NCBI GenBank assembly: GCA_964016885.1
Contig: OZ024740.1
Location: forward strand, 158,658,001 to 158,722,000
Source: Eledone cirrhosa
Lineage: Eukaryota
DNA: 64,000 nucleotides
Direction: 5' to 3'
Each line of letters begins with the position of its first letter. Position 1 is the first letter of the stretch. The position numbers were made by a program, and so were the translations under genes. The notes under the pieces are model-generated. The model ran no database searches, was not told the origin of the DNA, and was given only the letters and a program-made list of their open reading frames with translations. Of this stretch, positions 31,490 to 44,419 are shown in pieces.

Positions 31490-31940
31490 ATTCTATTTGT
31501 ATGGGATAATCTGCAACAACAAATCAGATCTTTGGATGGAACAATGTTCCAGACAGACAGAATGTGATATGGTAATGAAATGGCATTGTAGATAGTGGTA
31601 TAAAACCTAATAAATAAAAAGGCCTGGAGAGAACGGAAGACTGTTGTGAGCAAGGAAAAATTTCATGTAGCTAAAAGAAAAACTAGATGTCAGGTATACA
31701 TAGTAATAGAAGTGAAAGTAAGATGTTTACTAGTGTTCTGCAATATGAGGATCAGAGGTGTGAGGTATTCCAAATTGCAAAGCAATGTGTCAGTGTCGAT
31801 CATGACTGACTTGGACTTCTATGGAGAAATGTGGATATATAGTAATAACAATGCATTAACCCTCACTTTCAATGAGAAGGAGGTGTAGAAATGCTACTAT
31901 GACACTAAGACAGGTAGCTGAATGAGGAGAATTTATTGGG
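31490..31940 (+). mobile_element. Decayed RTE-type LINE ORF fragment (region between APE and RT)
   Basis: Translates across stops/frameshifts as ...KKAWRERK...KEKFHVAKRKTRCQVY...FTSVLQYEDQRCEVFQIAKQCV, resembling the RTE linker; recognised by eye only. Confidence 0.5.
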
Positions 31941-31972
31941 GAGAGAGTGACGCACACACACACATATATATA

Positions 31973-32072
31973 CAGGGTGTTCCCCAAAAATGTATACATA
32001 CTTTGATTACCTGTACAGGCAATATTTATTAGAATGCTATTGAAGTGTGTATACATTTTTTGGGACACCCTG
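31973..32072. mobile_element. 100-bp Tc1/mariner-type MITE
   Basis: TA|CAGGGTGTTCCCCAAAAATGTATACA ... TGTATACATTTTTTGGGACACCCTG|TA. Confidence 0.85.
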
Positions 32073-32626
32073 TATATATATAATGTATTTTCTCTTCTAT
32101 TTTGACAAATGAATGTTGCAATTATATGATCAAGGGAACTACTACCTACTCAGTGAATTACAGTGTAAGTAGCTGAGTATTCCACAGACATTTGTACCTC
32201 TAATGAAAAACCTAGGATGAATCAGTGTGACAATGTGTGTAACATTGTTTCACCCTTGAATCACCTCTTCTCATAACACAAATTGATTTATAATTCTAGA
32301 AGTGTCATTTTTTTCCTTTTATCTAATCCTAAAGGTAAAATAAACATTATCTCTTAAAAACTCATCACCATTTTTAACAGACCGATTACAGAAACTTAAT
32401 ATGCCAGTGTACACTTGTAAATCAATTATTATTTTGTATCTTTTCCTCTATGGAAGCAAAATTCTTTGAAGAACTTTTTTAAGACTTCTTTTAACCATAC
32501 AACACCGAAATTATCTATATGTATCTGATAAATATCACTAAACATTTTTTTTTAGTTTATAAGTAAATGATGCAGAAAGTTTGAGTAAGGTGTAAGTTAT
32601 ATGCATGCATGTGTGTGTGTGTTTAT

Positions 32627-32812
32627 GAACAGATTCAGGACCCTGACGGCTGAGCTCCGGTCGTTTCGACAACTAGATCCGGATCTAGCTGTCAAAACGG
32701 CTGGAGCTCAGCTGTCGGGGTCCTAAATCTTTTCGTATTACCCGCTCTACTACCTCAAATATCGAGTACTCTGGTGGGTTATGGTCCACCTGGTTTTTAC
32801 CACACCCTATCT
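32627..32812 (+). mobile_element. Fold-back element with one-sided tail (family H4) containing the 3' half of a hammerhead
   Basis: Palindrome 32627-32734 centred on CTAGATCC|GGATCTAG; tail to 32812 abuts (TA)n; homologues at 32841-32895 and 62701-62890. Confidence 0.75.
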
Positions 32813-33859
32813 GATATATATATATATATATATAGGAACCAGTAAGACCCCGACAGCTGAGCTCAAGCCGTTTCGACGGCTAATTCTGGACTAAATGAAA
32901 ATTTATCCTGGTATTTAAATAGCCGATCTTCTCAAGGGGTAATTCCATATATGGTCAAAGTGATTGTCAAAAATCAGTAGTAATTCTGTGGTTGCAAATT
33001 AGTAGGGGAGATGGTGGCTAAACCTGCCAGTAGGAGAAAGAGGGGAGGGGGTGGAGTAGACCCAATCAAGCGTTGGTAGTGCCAGCTACAGCTGGGCATG
33101 AGGTCAAAGAAGATACAGGGGAGGGGCAGGGGGAGGAAGTCGGAACGGTAGGTAGAACAATGGGGGGTAGAAATATATGAATATTGGCAACAGGTACAAA
33201 ATTGTGGGATCACCAGCTGTCAAAATGGATGTACGCATTTTCGCCCCCTACCAATGGTACAGCTGGTCCATCCAGGGTCACAGTGTTTGACATGTGGGAA
33301 GTCAAACACTCTCCATAGATTAAGATCAAAACAAAACTTTGTGTATAGAATTAAATGCATGACATATAAGTTGTACAATATGTTTAAAGGGTCAGTTAGA
33401 CTTGTTGACAAAAACACACCTAGAAAGTGACACAGAGGGAAAATGTTAGCTAGTTTTAACTGTTACTACTAGATAGTGTGGAAGACACCAAGACAAAAGG
33501 ACAAGACAGTAGTCACGTGATAGAAGAGGAGATATGTCACAGTAAATAGGCAACTTAATTATTGCCAATGTTGGAATATTATCTATGACACATGTGGCTC
33601 CCCTTCACTTCTTTTGTTAAATTACTTATGTTGTACATTTAATTCTATATGCATAAGTTTTCTCTCGTTTTCATCTTAATACTTCAATACAAGCAGTACC
33701 GTTGGTAGGGGTTGGAACTGTGTATATCCATTTGACCGCCGATGGCCACTGAGTTTTGTACCTGTTGCTAATATTGCAAAATTATCTGTGATGCATGCAG
33801 CTCCACTTCTCTTTTGTTAAGTATATATATATCCTCAATTTATCTTATTTCTCATCCTT

Positions 33860-33895
33860 TCTTCTGATGAAGGACTAGCGTCCGAAACGTTAAGA
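33860..33895 (+). ncRNA. Minimal type I hammerhead ribozyme motif
   Basis: TCTT CTGATGA A GGAC TAGC GTCC GAAACGTT AAGA: intact core, 4-bp stem II, stem I TCTT/AAGA, palindromic stem III (ACGT). It sits in a ~155-bp element between TA runs. Confidence 0.8.
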
Positions 33896-34139
33896 CCCTC
33901 TTCCTGTTATATCAAGCGTTAACCTAATATATCCCTTCCATATACTGTACCGATTGTGTTGTTATTTCTGTTTACCTTTTACATATATATATATAAAATC
34001 TGTATTTAATTAGTTACAACAGTGACAAATACAGGTACTTAGGTTTTGTTGGGTTATACATCGCCAACTCATTCTGCCTGTTGGCAACTTATCCTATGGT
34101 CTGAGTGTTCTTACCCCTGGATATTTCTAACAAACTTAT

Positions 34140-34177
<38 letters not shown>

Positions 34178-34267
34178 CATCATTCAACAGGATATAGGCA
34201 TTTATACCACATTAGCTGCCCATCTCGGTATCATTTTAACACATTTTCTTATTTCTTATTCTTACTC

Positions 34268-34301
34268 TACTTTGATAAAGGGTTTAACCCAAAACGTCAG
34301 A
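34268..34301 (+). ncRNA. Degenerate hammerhead motif
   Basis: TTGATAA A GGG TTTAA CCC AAAACGTC AGA: U3-A8-type core, G12 lost (AAAAC), weak stem I. Confidence 0.45.
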
Positions 34302-34460
34302 TCCTTTCTCTTTTAATTCGGCATAAATATTTTCACTGTACACACATTATCTATATTTTTGTGCTTACATTTTATTAACCACATCTTTTTTTACTTTTTG
34401 TTTACTTGGTTTTAAACTCCTTATTCATGTTTTTTTTTTTAACCTATATATGTTTAGGAA

Positions 34461-34785
34461 GGTGTATGGCTTAGTGGTTAGAGCGTTGGAATTGAATCGG
34501 GAGGTTGTGAGTTTGATTTTTGGACAGGATGATGCGTTGTGTCCTTGAGAAAGACATTTTATTTCATGTTCCTCCAGTTTACTCAGATTTAGAAATGAGT
34601 TGCGATGTCATGGGTGCCAAGTTGTAATGGCCATTGCCTTTCCCTTGGAGGGGAAGCTGCTATGCATGGGCGATCACTGATTTTCCTCTAACAAACTTGC
34701 CTGGACTTGTGCCACAGAGGGGAACCTTCTAGGTACAAATCCCATGGTCATTCGTGACCAAAGGGAATTTTTATTTTACCTTTTA
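34461..34785 (+). mobile_element. tRNA-derived SINE family B, near full length
   Basis: TGGCTTAGTGGTTAGAGCG head, TGTGTCCTTGAG, body shared with 36358-36650. Confidence 0.8.
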
Positions 34786-35040
34786 TACATATATCTGAAG
34801 CTGCATGAATGTGTATTTAAACATGTCTTATTTACATATTTCTCTGTAACTTGGAAAGGACGAATAGCTTGACCTGAGTTTTGTTTCTAATTGGAACTAT
34901 TCGCAAAAGATGTGCATATCTTGTAACATTCATGGAGAAATATATAACTATTAGCTTTATAAGCCTACCAAATATGTGTAATGTGTAAGTACCAATTTAG
35001 ATATTATTAGTGTGTTTGCTGTAATTCAGTTATATATTAA

Positions 35041-35248
35041 CCCTTTACCATTTAAACTGGCCATATCCAGTCAGAATTCTCTCACCTCTTTCTTTTCAAA
35101 CTGGCCATAACCGGTCACTCATACTTATGTTAAGGTATTGTTCTCAAAATAAATAGTATCAAAATCTCATAGATTCATTATTATGTGAAATAAAGCCTTT
35201 ACCGTGAAAATTGAATAGTAAATCTAGAGTAATGTAAATACTAAAGTG
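35041..35248 (+). mobile_element. piggyBac-like MITE
   Basis: TTAA flanks, degenerate TIRs, interior matches 26152-26363. Confidence 0.8.
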
Positions 35249-35486
35249 TTAAACATTGCACTGAACTATACTATAAGTACATACCTGTACGAGAATACCT
35301 TCTTCCCATCAATGTCAGAAGCCTCAAAAATTGTAATGGTCGTCACCCTTCATTCCCTGGCTAAAAACAGTAGAACATAAAAAGGAGTCTCACTCTATTG
35401 AATTTATTTTTCCAGCTTGTCACTTGACTGTTATATCAATATTGTGTTATCAAGCTAAAGAATAAATTGCTGCTGTCTCATAAAGG

Positions 35487-35646
35487 TATATGTGTATGTA
35501 TCTATGTATGTATGTATGTATGTATGTATATACTTATACTTACATATATATATATATATATATATACATACACACACACACATATATACATATATACATA
35601 TACACATATATCTACATTATACATATACATTATACATTATACATAT

Positions 35647-35685
<39 letters not shown>

Positions 35686-35787
35686 AATACATATACATTA
35701 TACATATATATATACACACACACACATATATATATAAATAAATACATATACATTATACATATATATACACACATATATACATTATAC

Positions 35788-35862
<75 letters not shown>
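35487..35862. repeat. (TA)/(CA)/(TATG) compound microsatellite
   Basis: Directly visible. Confidence 0.95.
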
Positions 35863-36357
35863 AAGAATCAGGACTTCTATGGAAATCATATGTTCATGTT
35901 TGCACAGCTGTTGTTCTATCCATGGTTGACCTCATCAAAGGTTTTGCTTCACTGGCAAAACTAAAAGCTCTGAATATGATAGCTTAATCAATACCTTTGA
36001 TAGGGTGACTTCTATTGAAACTATCACTGAAAACAGATGTGAATAATCCGGTGTCATTTCTCATTCATGAAGCCAGACAACTGCAGATCCAATCTGCTCA
36101 CCCCCCACCCCCCCTTCTAGCCAATCTGCTCACCCCCCACCCCCCTTCTAGCCATTTTCTGCTCTGGGCTTCACACTTCACTCTATGTCCAGCTACCAAA
36201 ACCTAAATAACTAGATATTGACACTAGGTGCTATGCTAAGGAAACATTGTCCATTGTTACGTGGGTTGAGACATGACATTTTAAGGTAGGTTTTCCAATG
36301 TTGGATGCCTATCCTAATGCCAATACATACTTTATTTTAGGTGCTGTGTATATATGA

Positions 36358-36650
36358 GGTGCATGGCTTAGTGGTTAGAGTGTCAGGCTTACAATCGTGA
36401 GGTTGAGTTCAATTCTTGGACTGGGCTTGAGACACTTTATTTCTCTCTGCTCGAGTTCACTCAGGTGTAGAAATGAGATGTGAATTCACTGTTACTAAGC
36501 TGTGTTAGCTCTAGCCTTTCCATTGGACAACATCGGTGGCATGGAGAGGGGAGACTGGTATGCATGGGCAACTGCTGATCTTCCACAAACAACCTTGCCT
36601 GGACTTGTGCCTCAGAGGGGAACTTTCGTGACCAAAGGGTTTTTTTTACC
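36358..36650 (+). mobile_element. tRNA-derived SINE family B
   Basis: TGGCTTAGTGGTTAGAG, GAGTTCAATTC, body shared with 34461. Confidence 0.8.
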
Positions 36651-36835
36651 CTAGTGTATATATACTGTTGATGTTCATTGAACAAGCACATTTTGTTTTA
36701 AATGGTGACTGGCATATTCTTTCCCTCATATATCGAATGGTTAGGACTCCCGATCTTTACCTAAGTGGCCTATATTGGGTTCCCAGCTTGGGAACAACTA
36801 TTTTGTCTAACCCATGGAAATTTGATGTTAAACGG

Positions 36836-37022
36836 TAATAATTGTTTCTACTTTTGGCACAAGGCCAGCAATTACCCAGTGCATTACTGGTACTTTATTT
36901 TATTGACCCCATAAGGATGAAAGGCAAAGTTAACCTCGGCAGGATTTGAACTCAGAATGGCAAGGGCCGTAACTCTATGCGTCAAAGCATGGCATCTGAC
37001 TCTACCGATACTGCCAATCCAA
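36836..37022 (-). mobile_element. SINE family A
   Basis: Reverse complement of the 29657-29850 copy. Confidence 0.85.
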
Positions 37023-37357
37023 TAATGATTGTAACACACACACACACACACACATATTGATCAACCTGAAGATGCCATGCTATGGGACTACATGGTTCTG
37101 AAGCAAACCCCTTAACCACACAGCTAAGTCTGCATCTATATCACAAACATTATCATAACTTTACATCTATTTTTCATGCTTGCATGGGTTTGACGGACTG
37201 TCACATTCAGAATTTAGACAGGTCACGTGACCACATCTTGCTTATACATCCTGTCAAGGCATGGAATATATATGACATATATATGACATGGAATATATAT
37301 ATGACATGTCAAACATGGAAAAGCAGATGTAAAATGGGGATGATGATGATGATGATG

Positions 37358-37397
<40 letters not shown>

Positions 37398-37400
<3 letters not shown>

Positions 37401-38504
37401 ATAATAATAAATTTGAAGACTAAAATCCAAAGAGGGCTCGATAAGGATAAATATATATCAAATATATAAGAACCGTAGAGCAAATATTTATTAAAATAAC
37501 AGATTAAAATTTAAGCAAAGAATCGCTGCTTTCACCCTTAACGCCATCTTCTGAAACTAAAAAAATCAATCTGTGAACGCAGAAGTAAATATTTCGAAAA
37601 ACGTTGCAGCCGAAGGAAGACAAGAAGACGATACTTTGGTTCGTGGAAACGTTCCCTGGCAAAGAGCGGAAAAAAGCGAAGATAATACGTCATTAATAGG
37701 AGCGGTGAAAACAATTACACGCAATGACAAACCACGTTTAGTGTATAAATGAAGTCGTAGACTAATATTCTATTAGGTGGTTCCTGGAGACGTTCTCTGG
37801 CAATGAATGGGAAAAACGAAGATAATACGTCATTATGTGTATCGTTGAGAACAATTACACGCAAAGACAACAAAACCACGTTTATGGTATAACTGAAGTC
37901 GTAGACTAAAATTCTATTTAGAAACCGAATGATTCTCGGCTTCAGAGTTAAGAATAATGTAAATAAATTACAGAGGTTTTCGCGTATGCATGTGTATGTA
38001 CTTATATGGATGCATGCATAATAACCTCTGCAATTTATTTACATTATTCTTAACTCTGAAGCCGAGAATCATTCAGTTTCCTAAATAGAATTTTAGTCTA
38101 CGACTTCAGTTATACTATGTGGTTTTGTCTTTGCATGTAATTGTTCTCACCGCTCCACATAATGACGTATTATCTTCGTTTTTTCCGTTCATTGCCAGAG
38201 AACGTCTCCAGGAACCACCTCATAGAATATTAGTCTACGACTTCATTCATACCATAAACGTGGTTTTGTCTTTGCGTGTAATTGTTTTCACTGCTCCAAA
38301 TAATGACGTATTATATTCGTTTTTTTCCATTCTTTGCCAGGGAACGTTTCCACGAACCAAAGTATCGTCTTCCTGTCTTCCTTCGGTTGCAACGTTTTTC
38401 GAATTATTTACTTCTGCGTTCACAGATTGATTTCTTTAGTTTCAGAAGATCCCGTTAAGCGTGAAAGCAGCAATTCTTTGCTTAAACTTTAATCTGTTAT
38501 TTTA

Positions 38505-38512
<8 letters not shown>
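37398..38512. mobile_element. ~1.1-kb fold-back element (family H1) inserted in (TA)n
   Basis: Inverted arms ~37484-37978 and ~38023-38512, each with a ~140-bp internal direct repeat; ~86-bp unpaired extension on the left; TA tracts on both sides. Confidence 0.9.
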
Positions 38513-38535
<23 letters not shown>

Positions 38536-38600
38536 GTTTCCAGTAGGTATATTGGTGTTATATTAAGCAGAGAGTAATAATAATAATAATAATAATAATA

Positions 38601-38780
38601 GAATTGGCAGTATCGGTAGAGGGTCGGACATGCTTTCCAGCATAGTTACGTCGCTTTACGATCTGAGTTCAAATCTCGCCGAGGTTACCTTTCCCTTTCA
38701 TCCTTACAGGGTCAATAAAATAAAGTACCAGTAATGCACTGGGTAATTGCTGGCCTTGTGCCAAAAGTAGAAACAATTAT
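38601..38780 (+). mobile_element. SINE family A
   Basis: Same boxes and body as 25415-25600. Confidence 0.85.
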
Positions 38781-39587
38781 ATTATAATACACAGAACCTA
38801 CTTTGATGTTAATAGTTTTAGTCCAATATTCAATCTCAAGGACCACCAGATGACCACTTCGAGTACTCTGACAAACACTTTCTCTAGGTCAACAAAAACT
38901 ACATATCGAAGCTTATGCTTAGCTAATAACTTCGCTTGAGTTGTCTTACTAAAAAGATGACATCTGTGGCACTCCTCTCAGACATGAAACTGAACTGCAT
39001 CTCATCTAATTTGACTATTTCCTTAATTAATTATGTTAGAACTCTTTGTGATACTTTCATAACTTGATCTGTTAGTTTTATTCACGTGTAGTTGCTCCTG
39101 TCCCTTTAATGATTGTACTGCTGCACCAGTCATTGGGTATGACCCCATCCTGTATTATCTGATTAACTAGTTCAACCCCTATCTCCCCAAATGCTTTTAG
39201 CATCTCAGCATCTATCTCAGACGGTTGTGCATATATATAAAGCTTATGAATTATTCAATTGCTGGAAGCGTTTGAAATTTGGAAATGTGAATCTCAAATG
39301 CCTGTATCCCCTATTTTTCCATCACTAGGTTAATGTACTAAATTTTCACAACTATTATCTATAGTGGTCTACTGTTATTGCTGTTATCTTTTTCATTTGG
39401 GATTCTCACATTTTCATATATATGTATGTGTATATATATATATATATATATATGTATATGTATATATATATATATGAAAATAAATAAAATGGTTGACTGA
39501 GTGCGCATATGTTCTTTACTCAATTTTTTTTCTGTCCCTTCCTCTTCTGACTCTATCTTTCTATTTCATCTTTTATTTCTCATTCTA

Positions 39588-39623
39588 TCGTCTGATGGAG
39601 AACTATTGTTCGAAACGTTAAGA
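39588..39623 (+). ncRNA. Hammerhead motif, same family as 33860, core variant
   Basis: TCGT CTGATGG A GAAC TATT GTTC GAAACGTT AAGA; flanks homologous to 33830-33985. Confidence 0.65.
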
Positions 39624-39705
39624 CTCTTTTCCTATTATTTCAACCATGAAACTAATATATTTCTTTATTGTACTGTGTTATTTACTTTCTTATTTCTGTT
39701 TACTT

Positions 39706-39781
<76 letters not shown>

Positions 39782-40564
39782 TGTAGACAAACATTCATAT
39801 ACAGGTAAAAAATCATTCCTTCTGCTCTTTTTTTTCCGCTCTCTTTCTACTTCACTCTTTCCCATATTTTCTTACTCTTTATTTTCTTTACCAAGCCTTC
39901 TTCTCAGTAAGCCCCCCCCCTTCTTTTATGTCTCCTTTTCATTTGCACACACATACGCGTGTGCATGCACACATACACATGCACAATATTACACACTGCT
40001 GCATGACACTTCCCTTTCCCTTCCCTATATTCTCATCTCACATCATTCACACCCTTCTCTGTTTTTTTTTCTCTCTCTCTCTCATTCTCGTCTCTCATCC
40101 ACCCCCTATATCTAGCTGTCTCTCATACACCCTCTCCGTTTGTCACTCTGTCTCTCCCTCCCTACCCCCTCTCTCTCATTGTCTTCTCTCATACACCCCA
40201 TCTCTGTCTCTCATACACCCACTCCCTTTCTCTCTCTCCCCCCACCTTTGCATTCTCTTCACCTCCCATTTCCTCCACCACTTTGTCTTTTCTCAAGCTA
40301 AAATACAAAAAAAACAAAAACGCCAGCAGCCTCTTAATGCAGTTTATGGGGAAGAGAGAGAGAGAGGGGGGAGAGAGAGAGATAAGGGTGACCGTGAGAG
40401 GGAGGGTGTGAGAGAGAGAGAAGGGTGAGGGTGAGAAAGAGACAGACACATGCAGAAGGAAGTGGGATGAAAGTAGATGACAGAGGGTGTTGATAAAGAG
40501 AGAGTTGCTGCTACCACCACCACTGTCACCAACACCGCACCACTATTGCACCCTCTCTCCTGCA

Positions 40565-42730
40565 ATGATCACCACCACCACCACCACCAATGCTCCCTCT
40601 TCTACCATCACCACCACCACCACCTCCACCAATGCTCCCTCTCCTACCATCACCACCGCTACCACCACCACCACCAACACCACCACATCCACCACCACCA
40701 CCAATGCTCCCTCTCCTACCATCACCACCACCACCACCTCCACCAATGCTCCCTCTCCTACCATCACCACCGCCACCACCACCACCATCACCACCACCAC
40801 CACCTCCACCAATGCTCCCTCTCCTACCATCACCACCGCTACCACCACCACCACCACCACCACCACCACCTCCACCAATGCTCCCTCTCCTACCATCACC
40901 ACCACCACCAACACCACCACATCCACCACCTCCACCACCTCCACCAATGCTCCCTCTCCTACCATCACCACCGCCACCACCACCACCACCACCACCTCCA
41001 CCACATCCACCAATGCTCCCTTTCCTACCATCACCACCACCACCACCACCACCACCACCACCTCCACCACCTCCACCAATGCTCCCTCACCTACCACCAC
41101 CACCACCACCACCACCACCACCACCTCCACCACCTCCACCACCTCCACCAATGCTCCCTCTCCTACCATCACCACCACCACCACCACCACCACCACCACC
41201 ACCTCCACCACCTCCACCAATGCTCCCTCTCCTACCATCACCACCACCACCACCACCACCACCACCACCTCCACCACCTCCACCAATGCTCCCTCTCCTA
41301 CCATCACCACCACCACCTCCACCACCATCACCACCACCTCCACCTCCACCAATGCTCCCTCTCCTACCATCACCACCGCCACCACCACCACCACCTCCAC
41401 CACCTCCACCAATGCGCCCTCACCTACCATCACCACCACCACCACCACCACCTCCACCACCTCCACCAATGCGCCCTCACCTACCATCACCACCACCACC
41501 ACCACCATCTCCACCACCTCCACCAATGCGCCCTCACCTACCATCATCACCACCACCATCACCACCACCACCACCACCACCACCTCCACCACCTCCACCT
41601 CCACCACCTCCACCAATGCGCCCTCACCTACCATCACCACCACCACCACCACCACCACCACCACCACCACCACCTCCACCACCTCCACCAATGCGCCCTC
41701 ACCTACCATCACCACCACCACCACCACCACCACCACCACCTCCACCAATGCGCCCTCACCTACCACCACCACCACCACCACCACCACCTCCACCACCTCC
41801 ACCAATGCGCCCTCACCTACCATCACCACCACCACCACCACCACCTCCACCACCTCCACCAATGCGCCCTCACCTACCATCACCACCACCACCACCACCA
41901 CCACCACCACCACCACCACCTCCACCACCTCCACCAATGCGCCCTCACCTACCATCACCACCACCACCACCACCACCACCACCACCTCCACCAATGCGCC
42001 CTCACCTACCACCACCACCACCACCACCACCACCTCCACCACCTCCACCAATGCGCCCTCTCCTACCATCACCACCACCACCACCACCACCACCACCACC
42101 TCCACCAATGCGCCCTCACCTACCATCATCAGCACTCACCACCACCATCGCCACCACCAATGCTCCCTCTCCTACCACCACCACCACCAATGCTCCCTCT
42201 CCTACCATCACCACCACATCCACCACCACCACCACATCCACCACCACCACCAATATGCCCTCTCCTACAATCATCAGCACTCACCACCACCACCACCGCC
42301 ACCACTGCCGCCAATGCGCCCTCACCTACCACCACCACCACCACCACCACCACCACCACATCAACCACCTCCACTGCCGCCAATGCACCCTCTCCTACCA
42401 CCACCACCACCTCCACCAATGCTCCCTCTCCTACCATATTCACCACCACCACCACATCCACCACCACCACTTCCACCTCCACCAATGCACCCTCTCCTAC
42501 CCTCATCACTGCCACCACCACCACCACATCAACCACCACCTCCACCAATGCGCCCTCTCCTACCATCATCATCATCACCACCACCACCAACACCACCACA
42601 TCCACCACCACCACCACCACCACCTCCACCAATGTGCCCTCTCCTACCATCATCATCACCACCACCACCACCTCCACCAATGCTCCCTCTCCTACAATCA
42701 CCACCACCACTACCACCACAGCCACATTCC
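40565..42730 (+). repeat. Compound minisatellite: fixed core ACCAATGC(T/G/A)CCCTC(T/A)CCTACC separated by variable (ACC)n; possible Thr-rich mucin-like exon (TNAPSPT+Tn)
   Basis: Roughly 40 cores are visible. The main core variants are synonymous in the TNAPSPT frame; frameshifts at ~42130 and ~42275. The repeat is certain, its coding status is not. Confidence 0.9.
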
Positions 42731-42893
42731 CACACATTCAACCGTTCTCCTCCACTTCATGTTACCCATACTCCTTACTATTGGATGCTTTAACAGCCTG
42801 CACCTACTAATACTGTTCCACGAAACACAAAGTCAGTACTCTTCGCTACTCTATTTTCATATACTCTTTCTGTTACTGCCTGTATGTGTGTAT

Positions 42894-42928
<35 letters not shown>

Positions 42929-42930
<2 letters not shown>

Positions 42931-43022
42931 ACATGTATATATTCATACACACATACATACACATGCTTATACATGTATAATATATATGTTGACATGCCTA
43001 TATATATGGCCATGTCTCTCTC

Positions 43023-43084
<62 letters not shown>

Positions 43085-43214
43085 CTTATATATATACCTA
43101 CACACACACACACACACACACCACATATATATATTCATACACACATACATACACATGCTTATACATGTATAATATATATGTTGACATGCCTATATATATG
43201 GCCATGTCTCTCTC

Positions 43215-43220
<6 letters not shown>
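42929..43220. repeat. Tandem duplication of a ~190-bp microsatellite-embedded unit
   Basis: CATGCTTATACATGTATAATATATATGTTGACATGCCTATATATATGGCCATGTCTC occurs twice. Confidence 0.9.
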
Positions 43221-43246
<26 letters not shown>

Positions 43247-43256
43247 TTTATATACT

Positions 43257-43328
<72 letters not shown>

Positions 43329-43814
43329 AATATATATAAACATGAATTAGTTTTGCAAGGTTTTTTTTATATGAAATCGTGTGTCGAAACAAATATTGTT
43401 ATACTTGGGGAGGGTTATTAATTCTGGCAATATTACACAAATATATAAACATGTATACATGTATATTCAAATTCATGTATATATATATATATATATATAC
43501 ACACTTATTCATATTTCACTCATTGTCTGTCTGTCTCTCTCTCATATATGGCTATATATATGTACACATGGATATATATATTTATATATACATGTATATG
43601 AATATATGTATGTGTATGTATATATATGTGTATATATATATATATATGTATGTAAATATACATGTATATATGTATATATATGTATATGTGTATGTATGTA
43701 TGTATATATATGTGTATATATATATATATGTATGTAAATATACATGTATATATGTATATATATGTATATGTGTATGTATGTATATATATATATGTATGTA
43801 TATATATACATATG

Positions 43815-43847
<33 letters not shown>

Positions 43848-43871
43848 GTATGTATATATGTATGTATGTAT

Positions 43872-44352
43872 GTTCTTCTGGTTTTATAATTTCACAAAGT
43901 TTTACCAATAGAGAGAGAGTCGGTTTCTAACATAGACACAAGACTCTCTCATTGGAATTTACACAACATCAACTAGGTAGATATGTATCTCTGCATGCAT
44001 GTGTAGATATGGATGTTATTGAATGTGTGGATGTGTATATTTTGAGTTGTATGTGTGCATGTGTATATGCTTTGTATCTGTACATGTGTAGATGCAGTTA
44101 TTAGATGCAACATTTTTGGAATGTTTTACATATTTTTACTGTTCCATTAATGGATTGTACTTGTAGTTTCCTAACTAGTTGTGTTCTTTCTGTTCCTGTG
44201 AAGCCTAGCTGCTCAAGATTTGTATTGAGGCAGTTACTAACATATCCCAGTGCCCCAATAATCACAGGCATAAATCTGAAGGTGTAATCAGGGTGGAGTA
44301 TCTGCAGATTTCTCATCAGTTCTGCATAAATATTCTCCTTTTCACTAATCTT
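43872..44352 (-). mobile_element. 5'-truncated R4/Dong-like (RLE-type) non-LTR retrotransposon 3' end
   Basis: ORF end ...YAELMRNLQILHPDYTFRFMPVIIGALGYV...KICKTFQKCCI* carries the PVIIGALG motif typical of RLE-element C-termini; followed by a 3' UTR and embedded in (TATG)/(TA)n. Confidence 0.7.
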
Positions 44353-44419
44353 TGTATGTATGTATATGTATATATGTATGTATATATGTATGTATATATA
44401 TATATATACATATATATTT

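Noticed and set aside
40565-42730. CRISPR-like repeat-spacer appearance
   Set aside because: Spacers are (ACC)n, not unique sequence; eukaryotic context, no cas genes.
40477-42980. His-rich metal-binding or poly-Pro (formin/extensin-like) protein
   Set aside because: Expected alternative frames of (ACC)n; core variants are non-synonymous in these frames and no associated domains are present.
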